From the NCBI GenBank assembly GCA_036170655.1, contig JAVHPP010000051.1, positions 1 to 15,834 on the forward strand: DNA of 15,834 bases. Reading direction: 5' to 3'. Numbering within the stretch: the stretch's first letter is position 1; each line of letters begins with the position of its first letter. Shown in pieces: positions 1-7,257 of this stretch. Below the pieces are notes generated by a model. It was not told where the DNA came from and searched no databases. It saw only the letters and a program-made list of their open reading frames with translations. The position numbers and the translations under genes were made by a program. Source of the DNA: Candidatus Zixiibacteriota bacterium. GTDB lineage: Bacteria > Zixibacteria > MSB-5A5 > WJJR01.

Positions 1-209
1 GTTGTTTTCGTTCCCTTCTCCGATGCCGCCCCTGAACCGGCAGCGGCTTCATGTCTCGCGGCGACCGTCCCATGCGTGTACATCGGATAAGGCGAACAGC
101 CAGCCGAAGACAACAATGCGCAGATGGAAATGAGTGCAATTCCCATCATTGACAGTCCACGCGCCCGAAGAACGGAACCCTCGCGTCGAACGAAGAAATC
201 ATGATCCAT
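1..209 (-). CDS. Putative lipoprotein, N-terminal part only (runs off the left edge)
   Basis: Not in the ORF track; read by hand. ATG at 209 follows a strong SD (GGGGGAGGAACG-ATG). The frame is open to the edge: MDHDFFVRREGSVLRARGLSMMGIALISICALLSSAGC-SPYPMYTHGTVAARHEAAAGSGAASEKGTKT. Basic n-region, hydrophobic h-region and lipobox-like SAGC (Cys codon 96-98), then a low-complexity linker. Confidence 0.7.
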   Translation of the reverse strand, partial: MDHDFFVRREGSVLRARGLSMMGIALISICALLSSAGCSPYPMYTHGTVAARHEAAAGSGAASEKGTKT

Positions 210-235
210 CGTTCCTCCCCCTCACCTCTCCAGGC

Positions 236-1183
236 TTAAAAAGACGGGTATGTAAGTTTGAACCGCCAGCGATAAAACAGGCGCGTTCCAATAAAACCGG
301 CGACCAAAAGCAAAAGATAGTATGGATAGACCAAGACCGCAGCGAGGGTCAGCGCGCCAACACCCGTCTTCGCCGCCAGCGTCGCATGGGAACCGTTGGT
401 CAGAAAAGAGAAGACAAAAACGGGAAGACTCACCAGAGATGCGGCCATCAGCAGCCACTCTCCCATTGTTGCCGACATTCCCAGTGCGAACGCGACAAAC
501 AGCATCGCCGCGCCCATGGTCGCACGCGCCCCCCATCGAACGGCCAGAGTCTTCTTCTGCGCGGCACGATCACCGTCGATATCGGCAACGGTGGTGGCCA
601 GATAGACCCCTCCCACGGCAAACCCATACGGGATCGCGAAAGGCCAAAACCATGACAATGTCCCACCCATGAACGCCACGCCCATCAAGTACACGATCAC
701 GCCGTGGGCAGCCACATTCGCCAGAAATCCCAGCACGGCGTGGTTCTTCCACGGCCGGGAACCGGCAGAATAGAAAACCCCAAGAAGCAGAACACCGTAG
801 GTCAATGCCAGATACGCATGCCCCAAGAGAAGACCCAGGGCCAATGCGGCAATGTTCAGGAAAACAGTGAAAACCCATGCGGCACGCAGGGAGATCAATC
901 CCTCCGACAGGAAGAAGAGTTTGCGATTGACGCGATCGGATTCGATATCAAAGATCTGATTCAGTGTGTAGACGCCCCCAAAGAGGCAAAACAACTGAGC
1001 GAGCATGACCACCCATCGCCATGCCGGGCCGGGGACCGGTTGCTGCCAGACCGAATTGGCTCCGATCAGAGCAATTGTCCAAACCGGTGGCATCAGCACC
1101 GGACGGACAAAAAAGAGATAGTCCAGCGGTGTGTGACGCCCGCGAGTCATGACCACTGGATTGTTCGCCCCTGTTGTCTCCAT
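236..1183 (-). CDS. UbiA-superfamily membrane prenyltransferase
   Basis: Many hydrophobic helices. N-terminal FFVRP motif, first Asp-rich motif NQIFDIESDRVNRK, YS motif (GVFYSAG), second motif ADIDGDRAAQKKTLAVRWG. Start uncertain (ATG 1150, ATG 1183 or GTG 1264). Confidence 0.85.
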   Translation of the reverse strand: METTGANNPVVMTRGRHTPLDYLFFVRPVLMPPVWTIALIGANSVWQQPVPGPAWRWVVMLAQLFCLFGGVYTLNQIFDIESDRVNRKLFFLSEGLISLRAAWVFTVFLNIAALALGLLLGHAYLALTYGVLLLGVFYSAGSRPWKNHAVLGFLANVAAHGVIVYLMGVAFMGGTLSWFWPFAIPYGFAVGGVYLATTVADIDGDRAAQKKTLAVRWGARATMGAAMLFVAFALGMSATMGEWLLMAASLVSLPVFVFSFLTNGSHATLAAKTGVGALTLAAVLVYPYYLLLLVAGFIGTRLFYRWRFKLTYPSF

Positions 1184-1302
1184 GGAACGGGACATGCCGC
1201 TGGAACACACCAGCGTGGGAAAGATAGGGATCTGGCGGAGAAGCCGCGAGAGGCATTCACTCACGAGGCGTCGGGTTGCAGAACCGTCATGCCGCAGTCG
1301 CG

Positions 1303-2109
1303 TCAGTCAACCCAAAGGCGCACGAGAATCCACAGCGCGGGGGCGGAGAACAGGGTGGAATCGAAGCGATCCAGCACGCCGCCGTGGCCGGGAATGATCG
1401 AGGAAAAGTCCTTCAAGCCAACGGCGCGTTTGAAGGTCGATTCAAATAGATCGCCGATCTGCCCTACAATCGCGATGGTCAAAGCGGATGTAATCAGCAA
1501 CCCGGATGGGGCGGCAATCCAGCCGGCCAGAATGTATGCACCCCCGATGAGAGCGGAGGTCAACACCTGAGCAAGCGCTCCGGCGATCGTCTTTCTGGGA
1601 GAAATCGTGGGTGACAGCTTCGGGCCTTTGATCCACGAACCGACGAGGTACGCGGCGGTGTCACCGATCCAGAGATTCGCAAACAGGAAGACCAGCCAAC
1701 GAAAACCCTGGCCCGGCTCCAATGTCCGGAGCGCTATGAGTGCGCCGAAACCCACACCCACCCAGAGAGCTGCACCCAAATGAACCAAGACGATCAGAGC
1801 CGCCAAGACAGCATCACGCCGCCAGACCACCCACACGGCTGAGAGCAATATGGCCGTCCAAGCCCATGTGATCCACGTTTGTACCGAACCATGCCAAACC
1901 ACAAGCGGGATCGCGACAGTCACCAGCGTCAGCATCCATAGCGAAACATTGATACCACGTAGTTGGACCGCCTGCCAGATCTCATAGCACGATAGCATCA
2001 CCAGGACAGAGACCAGCACGCTCAGCCATGTTCCCCCGTGGTCGAAGATCCAGAGCAGCGCCGGGATTCCCACCAGCGCCACCAAGGATCGGGTCAGAAA
2101 GTTTCTCAT
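1303..2109 (-). CDS. cdsA: Phosphatidate cytidylyltransferase (CDP-diacylglycerol synthase)
   Basis: CTP_transf_1 motifs DTAAYLVG, KLSPTISPRKT, GDLFESTFKR and KDFSSIIPGHGGVLDRFDS. Canonical position after uppS. Confidence 0.95.
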   Translation of the reverse strand: MRNFLTRSLVALVGIPALLWIFDHGGTWLSVLVSVLVMLSCYEIWQAVQLRGINVSLWMLTLVTVAIPLVVWHGSVQTWITWAWTAILLSAVWVVWRRDAVLAALIVLVHLGAALWVGVGFGALIALRTLEPGQGFRWLVFLFANLWIGDTAAYLVGSWIKGPKLSPTISPRKTIAGALAQVLTSALIGGAYILAGWIAAPSGLLITSALTIAIVGQIGDLFESTFKRAVGLKDFSSIIPGHGGVLDRFDSTLFSAPALWILVRLWVD

Positions 2110-2196
2110 ATTGGAGACCCGCGCTTCAGAGGCGTCAATGAACCTCGGAAAGCGAGATGTCCTGCCCGCGGCGTGGCCGTCGTCATGCGGTTCCTG

Positions 2197-2988
2197 TCAG
2201 GACCGCGCCGGAGAAATGCGCCCGAACCGTCGTTCGCGCAACTGGTAATCGAGGATTGCCCGATAGAAATCGTCTTTGTCGAAGTCCGGCCAGAGAGTGT
2301 CGGTGATGTACAGTTCCGTGTACGATGTCTGCCAGAGCAGGAAATTGGACAAACGCCGTTCACCTGAAGTACGGATCAAGAGATCGGGATCGGGAAGACC
2401 ATTGGTCTGCAGGTGGGCGGCAAATGTGCGCTCATCGATGTCCGCCAACTGCAACTCGTGGGACTGGACCGCCGCCGCAATACGCCGGACAGCATGAAGG
2501 ATCTCCGCGCGCCCGCTGTAGTTTAGGGCCAGATTCAGGACGATGCCGGTGTTGTTGCGTGTCTTGGCGATGGCGTCCTTCAGCGCCCGGCGGCGGGTCA
2601 TCGGGAGGCCGTCAATGTCGCCCGTGGCAATCAGCCGGACATTCTTCTCGGCCATTTCACGGAGTTCGTTCTTGGTGGTCTCGTACAGGAGACGCATGAT
2701 GGCCGAGGTTTCGCTCTTCGGACGCTCCCAGTTATCCACGGAGAACGTGAATAAAGTGAGGGCTTCGATGTGGGCCTCTGCGGCGGCAGTGACCACGCGT
2801 TTGACGGCTGTAACGCCGGCACGGTGCCCCGCTGTACGCGGCAATCCCTGGCGTTCCGCCCAGCGGCCGTTGCCATCCATGATGATGGCCACGTGGCGCG
2901 GCGGCGGCGGTCCCGCCAGCACGCGACCGAGAAGATCCCCGGTGTCCGGCCGAGGAATGGGGTACGTTGTGGTGGCAGACTTAGACAT
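2197..2988 (-). CDS. uppS: Undecaprenyl diphosphate synthase (cis-isoprenyl transferase)
   Basis: HVAIIMDGNGRWA, FTFSVDNWERP, LALNYSGR, PDPDLLIRTSGERRLSNFLLWQ and ERRFG motifs. Starts 6 nt after the frr stop. Confidence 0.96.
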   Translation of the reverse strand: MSKSATTTYPIPRPDTGDLLGRVLAGPPPPRHVAIIMDGNGRWAERQGLPRTAGHRAGVTAVKRVVTAAAEAHIEALTLFTFSVDNWERPKSETSAIMRLLYETTKNELREMAEKNVRLIATGDIDGLPMTRRRALKDAIAKTRNNTGIVLNLALNYSGRAEILHAVRRIAAAVQSHELQLADIDERTFAAHLQTNGLPDPDLLIRTSGERRLSNFLLWQTSYTELYITDTLWPDFDKDDFYRAILDYQLRERRFGRISPARS

Positions 2989-2994
2989 CGCCGT

Positions 2995-3552
2995 TCACAC
3001 TTCCATGACATCTTTCTCTTTCATTTCTACGAGATTGTCGATCTCCGCGATGAACTCATCGGTCATCTTTTGGATTTCGTCGGAGATATGGCGACTATCG
3101 TCTTCGGAGATCTCTTTGCTCTTTTCCGCCTTCTTGAGATGGTCATTGGCGTCCCGGCGGATATTGCGGATGGCGACCTTGCCCTCTTCCGCAAATTTCT
3201 TCACCAACTTGACCAGCTCTTTGCGGCGTTCTTCCGTGAGCTGCGGGATCGGCACGCGGATCAAGCTGGCATCATTGATGGGGTTTAGCCCCAGTTCTGC
3301 CTTGAGAATCGCTTTCGAGATTTCCGGCGCCATGGCCTTTTCCCAGGGTTGGACCACCAGGAGACGCGGCTCGGGGGCGGAAATTGTTGCCACCTGATTG
3401 AGGGGCACCACGCTGCCGTAGTAATTGACACGCACGCTATCCAGCAGCGCTGTTGTGGCTTTCCCGGTACGGATCTTTGCGAGTTCGTGTCCCGCGGCTG
3501 CAACGGCTTTCTGCATGCGCTCTCTGGCATTCGCTTTGTGGTCTGAGTTCAT
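2995..3552 (-). CDS. frr: Ribosome recycling factor
   Basis: IRTGKA, VNYYG, IPQLTEERRKELVK and AIRNIRRDAND motifs. Start set at ATG 3552 (SD GGGGAGGA 7 nt upstream), giving 185 aa, the usual RRF length. Confidence 0.97.
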   Translation of the reverse strand: MNSDHKANARERMQKAVAAAGHELAKIRTGKATTALLDSVRVNYYGSVVPLNQVATISAPEPRLLVVQPWEKAMAPEISKAILKAELGLNPINDASLIRVPIPQLTEERRKELVKLVKKFAEEGKVAIRNIRRDANDHLKKAEKSKEISEDDSRHISDEIQKMTDEFIAEIDNLVEMKEKDVMEV

Positions 3553-3615
3553 CGCAAGTTCCTCCCCTGATATATCCCGTGGCGAGACTGGCTGGGACAC
3601 ATGACCCAGCAAGTA

Positions 3616-3645
3616 ATTATCGCGTGGCGTCCCGGCAATGGTCAA
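3616..3645 (-). promoter_or_regulatory. Candidate sigma70 promoter for frr-uppS-cdsA
   Basis: Minus strand TTGACC (3645-3640), 18 nt spacer, GATAAT (3621-3616) in the 235-nt pyrH-frr spacer. It is followed by a GCTGGG/CCCAGC hairpin (3591-3610). Confidence 0.5.
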
Positions 3646-3787
3646 GGCAAAAGCCGGACACGATTTGTTGGAGATACTTCGTAAGGCATTTTCTCCGTGT
3701 CAGTTGCCGCTCTTGCGCCCGCGCTCGACTCACGCCTGCGCCATGCCATTTCCGATCGGCCGAACATAACGGCCGGTCCGAACCCGC

Positions 3788-4537
3788 CTATGCCGTGACA
3801 ATGGTACCGAGCCTCTCCCCAGAGGCGACACGCAGCAAGTTACCGTGGCGGGTGAGATCGAAGATGATGATCGGAAGCGCGTTGTCCATGCACAGGGAAG
3901 TCGCGGTCGCATCCATGACTTTGAGCCCTCGCTGCAAGACATCCATGTAAGTCAAATGGTCGAACTTGGTTGCCGTCGGATCCTGCTTGGGATCGGCGGT
4001 ATATACACCGTCAACCTTCGTGGCTTTCATGATGACATCGGCGCCGATCTCGAGGGCACGTAGGGCAGCGGCGGTGTCGGTGCTGAAATAGGGATGGCCT
4101 GTGCCTGCCGCGAGGATGATCGTCCGGCCTTTCTCCAAGTGACGCACGGCACGGCGGCGGATGTACGGTTCGGCGATCGAGGCCATGGAAATGGCGCTCA
4201 TCACGCGGGTCTTCACGCCGATCTTCTCGAGCGCGTCCTGCATCGCCACGGCATTGATCACCGTACCGAGCATTCCCATCTGATCGGCGGTGACCCGATC
4301 CATGCCGCGCGCAGCCTCGGCCACACCGCGAAAGATATTGCCGCCGCCAATCACGAGGGCGGTCTGTACACCGCGATCGTTGACGGCCTTGATCTGCTCC
4401 GCCACGGAGGCAAGAACGGAAAAATCGATACCCCAGCCATTGGCGCCCGCTAACGCTTCGCCCGAGATTTTAATCAGCGTCCGGTGGTAGGGCAGGCCCT
4501 GTCCGGGGCTGGCGATAGAATGATCGTCTGTAGGCAT
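3788..4537 (-). CDS. pyrH: Uridylate kinase
   Basis: [49 protein letters not shown] and [13 protein letters not shown] motifs. Start placed at ATG 4537; the exact start is somewhat uncertain. Confidence 0.96.
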   Translation of the reverse strand: MPTDDHSIASPGQGLPYHRTLIKISGEALAGANGWGIDFSVLASVAEQIKAVNDRGVQTALVIGGGNIFRGVAEAARGMDRVTADQMGMLGTVINAVAMQDALEKIGVKTRVMSAISMASIAEPYIRRRAVRHLEKGRTIILAAGTGHPYFSTDTAAALRALEIGADVIMKATKVDGVYTADPKQDPTATKFDHLTYMDVLQRGLKVMDATATSLCMDNALPIIIFDLTRHGNLLRVASGERLGTIVTA

Positions 4538-4594
4538 AACGGCTATCTCGGCCTGATCTCCGCTTTCCGGCCCGGGGGAGTCAGACTGACGTGC

Positions 4595-4623
4595 ATTATC
4601 GGGAGGAACCAGACCGATGGCAA
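4595..4623 (-). promoter_or_regulatory. Candidate sigma70 promoter for pyrH
   Basis: Minus strand TTGCCA (4623-4618), 17 nt spacer, GATAAT (4600-4595), directly downstream of the tsf hairpin. Confidence 0.55.
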
Positions 4624-4625
4624 GC

Positions 4626-4663
4626 AAAGAGAAACGCCCTGTGCACATCGCACGGGGCGTCTC
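4626..4663 (-). terminator. Probable intrinsic terminator after tsf
   Basis: Minus strand GAGACGCCC-C-GTGC GATGT GCAC-A-GGGCGTTTC followed by TCTTT, about 25 nt after the tsf stop. The U-tract is imperfect. Confidence 0.55.
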
Positions 4664-4686
4664 CAAACGGACATATCACAGAGGTC

Positions 4687-5280
4687 TCAACCACCAAGGC
4701 GAAAGCGGACAAAACGTTTGATCATCATGTTTTCTCCGAGCTTGGCAATCAATTCCTGCAGAAGCTGATTGACGGTGCGCTCGGGGTCTTTGACGAATGC
4801 CTGCTCAAGGAGACAGGTCTCGGCGTAGTATTTTTCCAGTTTGCCATCGATGATCCGGTCCAGAATCTTCTCGGGCTTTCCCTCGTTGACCGCCTGGGTG
4901 TGGTAGATTTTCCGTTCGGCCTCGACTGCAGCCGGATCAATCTGATCGCGGGATATGGCGACGGGATCGGATGCGGCAATCTGCATTGCGACATCTTTCG
5001 CAAAGTGGCGAAACTCATCTGTCCGGGCGACAAAATCAGTCTCACAATTGATTTCCACCATGACACCGAGCTTGTCACCGGGATGGATATACGCGTAAAC
5101 GATGCCCTCTTTGGCAACACGGCCGGCTTTGCTGGCGGCCTTGGCTATCCCCTTCTCACGCAGATAGGCGACGGCGCGTTCAAGATTCCCGCCGGTCTCT
5201 TCGAGGGCTTTCTTGCAATCCATCATCCCGGCCCCGGTCATTTCGCGAAGGGCTTTCACATCTTGGGCCGTTATTGTCAT
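4687..5280 (-). CDS. tsf: Elongation factor Ts (short ~197-aa form)
   Basis: VKALREMTGAGMMDCKKAL and EINCETDFVAR motifs, ends FVRFRLG. ATG 5280 has GGAG SD 6 nt upstream. Confidence 0.97.
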   Translation of the reverse strand: MTITAQDVKALREMTGAGMMDCKKALEETGGNLERAVAYLREKGIAKAASKAGRVAKEGIVYAYIHPGDKLGVMVEINCETDFVARTDEFRHFAKDVAMQIAASDPVAISRDQIDPAAVEAERKIYHTQAVNEGKPEKILDRIIDGKLEKYYAETCLLEQAFVKDPERTVNQLLQELIAKLGENMMIKRFVRFRLGG

Positions 5281-5360
5281 CTGGTTCTCCACATATATTG
5301 ACTTGGCACGCTTCGGACAGGTACGCCGATGTATTCCTGCCTCGGCCTCGCTGGGACGAT

Positions 5361-6143
5361 TTATTTGATGTCGACAGCCGGCGGGACGGCACCAAGAGCG
5401 GCCGCCGCCATTTTGTCGTCACCCTCATCGGCTTCGGGGGGGACTTCAGCGTGTTCTTTTTTGAATGTGGCCATTCCTTCGATAATTGCCGCAGTGATTT
5501 GACCGGTCAAAAGACTGATCGATTTGATAGCGTCGTCGTTGCCGGCGACCGGAAAATTGATCGGATCCGGATCGCAGTTCGTGTCCACGATCCCGATGAT
5601 CGGAATGCCCAGTTTGCTCGCTTCCGACACGGCGATATGTTCCTTGCGCGCGTCGACAACATAAAGCAATCCCGGAAGACGGCCCATTTCCCTGATACCA
5701 CCGAGAACATTGTCGAGTTTTCCAATGTCCTTGTCGATTTTGAGACGTTCCTTCTTGGTGATTTTTTCGAAGGTGCCGTCCTCGCGCATGCGTTCCATGT
5801 CACGCAGCCGTTTGACCGACTGACGCATGGTCGTAAAATTGGTGAGCATCCCGCCCATCCAGCGTTCGGTCACGGAGAACTGGCCGCACCGCTGGGCCTC
5901 GGCGACAACAACTCCTTGGGCCTGCTTCTTGGTTCCCACAAACAGAATGGGCTTTCCTTCGGAGGCAACCTCGCGCGCCTTGCGGCAGGCCGCATTCAAA
6001 GACAGAAGTGTCTTGCGCAGGTCGATGATGTAGATGCCGTTGCGCGCGGTGAAGATGAAGGGTTTCATCTTCGGGTTCCAGCGCTTGGTCTGGTGCCCGA
6101 AATGAACCCCGGCTTCCAGAAGATCCTTGATTTCGATCGGCAC
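5361..6143 (-). CDS. rpsB: 30S ribosomal protein S2
   Basis: LLEAGVHFGHQTKRWNPKM, ILFVGTKKQA, RWMGGMLTN, IVDTNCDP and GNDDAIKS motifs. Start placed at GTG 6143 (GAGGT SD upstream); the ORF-track extension to 6194 lies in the leader RNA. Confidence 0.97.
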   Translation of the reverse strand: MPIEIKDLLEAGVHFGHQTKRWNPKMKPFIFTARNGIYIIDLRKTLLSLNAACRKAREVASEGKPILFVGTKKQAQGVVVAEAQRCGQFSVTERWMGGMLTNFTTMRQSVKRLRDMERMREDGTFEKITKKERLKIDKDIGKLDNVLGGIREMGRLPGLLYVVDARKEHIAVSEASKLGIPIIGIVDTNCDPDPINFPVAGNDDAIKSISLLTGQITAAIIEGMATFKKEHAEVPPEADEGDDKMAAAALGAVPPAVDIK

Positions 6144-6154
6144 AGGTACCTCGG

Positions 6155-6234
6155 TGGTTGGGTTTTCCGCCACCCGTCTCGTCGCGACCATCACTCCACA
6201 AATGGAGACCCGACGCCGCTCCCCGGGTGTGAGT
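6155..6234 (-). ncRNA. rpsB 5' leader (t44/S2-autoregulatory-like element)
   Basis: Minus strand CACACCCG (6231-6224) pairs with CGGGTGG (6176-6170). Inner stems CGTCG/CGACG and CTCCA-TTTG-TGGAG. GGGT (6211-6208) and downstream AAAACCC (6166-6160) match the GGGU...ARCCC layout of known rpsB leaders. Recognised by eye, not by covariance search. Confidence 0.65.
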
Positions 6235-6238
6235 CATT

Positions 6239-6256
6239 CGGCGGCCAAAGCCGCCG
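6239..6256 (-). other. GC-rich hairpin directly after the rpsI stop (no U-tract)
   Basis: Minus strand CGGCGGC-TTTG-GCCGCCG, a perfect 7-bp stem followed by AATGAC. More likely a stability/processing hairpin than a terminator. Confidence 0.5.
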
Positions 6257-6260
6257 GTTG

Positions 6261-6653
6261 TTAACGCTTGGAGAACTGGAACCGTTTCCGGGCCTTGGCC
6301 AGCCCGTATTTCTTGCGTTCCACTTCGCGTGCATCACGGGTGAGGAATCCGGCCCGTTTGAGCCGGGCGCGCCACTCCGGATTCATCAGTTGCAGGGCGC
6401 GGGCGACCGCCAGGAGCAATGCCCCCGCCTGTCCTCTTTTACCCCCGCCACGGGTACGGCAGATGATGTCGACCTTACCCTCCATCTCGACCAGTTTGAG
6501 TGGCTGCTCGACGATGGTGACCAGAGTCTCGCGGTGGAGATAATCCTTCAGCGGCAGGCCGTTGACCACAAACAGCCCGCGTCCGTCGCGCATACCGATC
6601 CGTGCTGTCGCTTCTTTCCGGCGTCCCGTGGTCCAGAATGTCGTCTCGCTCAA
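6261..6653 (-). CDS. rpsI: 30S ribosomal protein S9
   Basis: TGRRKEATAR, GGGKRGQAGA and FLTRDAREVERKKYGLAKARKRFQFSKR motifs. TTG start with GGAGG SD 5 nt upstream. Confidence 0.97.
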   Translation of the reverse strand: MSETTFWTTGRRKEATARIGMRDGRGLFVVNGLPLKDYLHRETLVTIVEQPLKLVEMEGKVDIICRTRGGGKRGQAGALLLAVARALQLMNPEWRARLKRAGFLTRDAREVERKKYGLAKARKRFQFSKR

Positions 6654-6718
6654 ACCATCCTCCCCATCAACTCAGAGCATCACTTCGACAGTTCCCATCC
6701 GGCATCATGCGCGACCTC

Positions 6719-7150
6719 TCAGTCCAAGGACAGGGCTTGGGGCATCTGGGCGGCATGGGGATGTTCGAGCCCCGCGTAGACATGCAACTTCTTCAGCAGC
6801 TGTCGTCCCAGCCGGTTCTTGGGCAACATACCCCATACGGCATCGCGGATAATGTCTTCCGGGTTGTGCTGGCGGCGCCTGCGGACACTCTCCCACCTCG
6901 CGCCACCGGGGAACCCGGAGTAGCGGAAGTAGGTCTTGACCCCCTCTTTGCGTCCGGTCAGCTTGACCTGACGCGCGTTCAGCACGATGACATAGTCGCC
7001 CATGTCCATGTGGGGGGTGAATTGGGGGTTGTCTTTGCCCCGCAATGTCCGCGCGATCCTGGTGGCGACCCGGCCCAGCACTTTGTCGGCGACATCCGCT
7101 GTGTACCACGTCTGCTTGATTTCTGATACCTTTGGTATGAATGTCTTCAT
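6719..7150 (-). CDS. rplM: 50S ribosomal protein L13
   Basis: VLGRVATRIA, FTPHMDMGDYVIVLNA, YSGFPGG and GMLPKNRLGR motifs. Start placed at ATG 7150 (GGGGGAAGGACTT-ATG), giving 143 aa. Confidence 0.97.
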   Translation of the reverse strand: MKTFIPKVSEIKQTWYTADVADKVLGRVATRIARTLRGKDNPQFTPHMDMGDYVIVLNARQVKLTGRKEGVKTYFRYSGFPGGARWESVRRRRQHNPEDIIRDAVWGMLPKNRLGRQLLKKLHVYAGLEHPHAAQMPQALSLD

Positions 7151-7182
7151 AAGTCCTTCCCCCATTGGGAGACAAGTTGAGA

Positions 7183-7210
7183 AGTTTACTCTGTCCTGGG
7201 CATTTGTCAA
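7183..7210 (-). promoter_or_regulatory. Sigma70 promoter of the rplM-rpsI-rpsB-tsf operon
   Basis: Minus strand perfect TTGACA (7210-7205), 16 nt spacer, TAAACT (7188-7183). A-rich sequence upstream; about 30 nt from the rplM start. Confidence 0.7.
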
Positions 7211-7257
7211 GCGTTCTTTTCGCTTCTGAACACAGTTTCTTTGTACGATTGGCCTGC

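Noticed and set aside
2110..2138. TTGACG hexamer upstream of cdsA
   Set aside because: The matching -10 (TCCAAT) is poor and would place the TSS inside the cdsA coding sequence.
3643..3690. 15-codon ORF MPYEVSPTNRVRLLP in the pyrH-frr spacer
   Set aside because: GGAG is only 3 nt from the ATG, the ORF does not couple to either neighbour, and it has no leader-peptide composition.
5274..6779. 501-aa plus-strand ORF, and similar long antisense ORFs at 704-1570, 2543-3397, 4591-5301 and 12565-13296
   Set aside because: Antisense shadows of clearly conserved minus-strand genes. Expected in GC-rich DNA, with no recognisable motifs.
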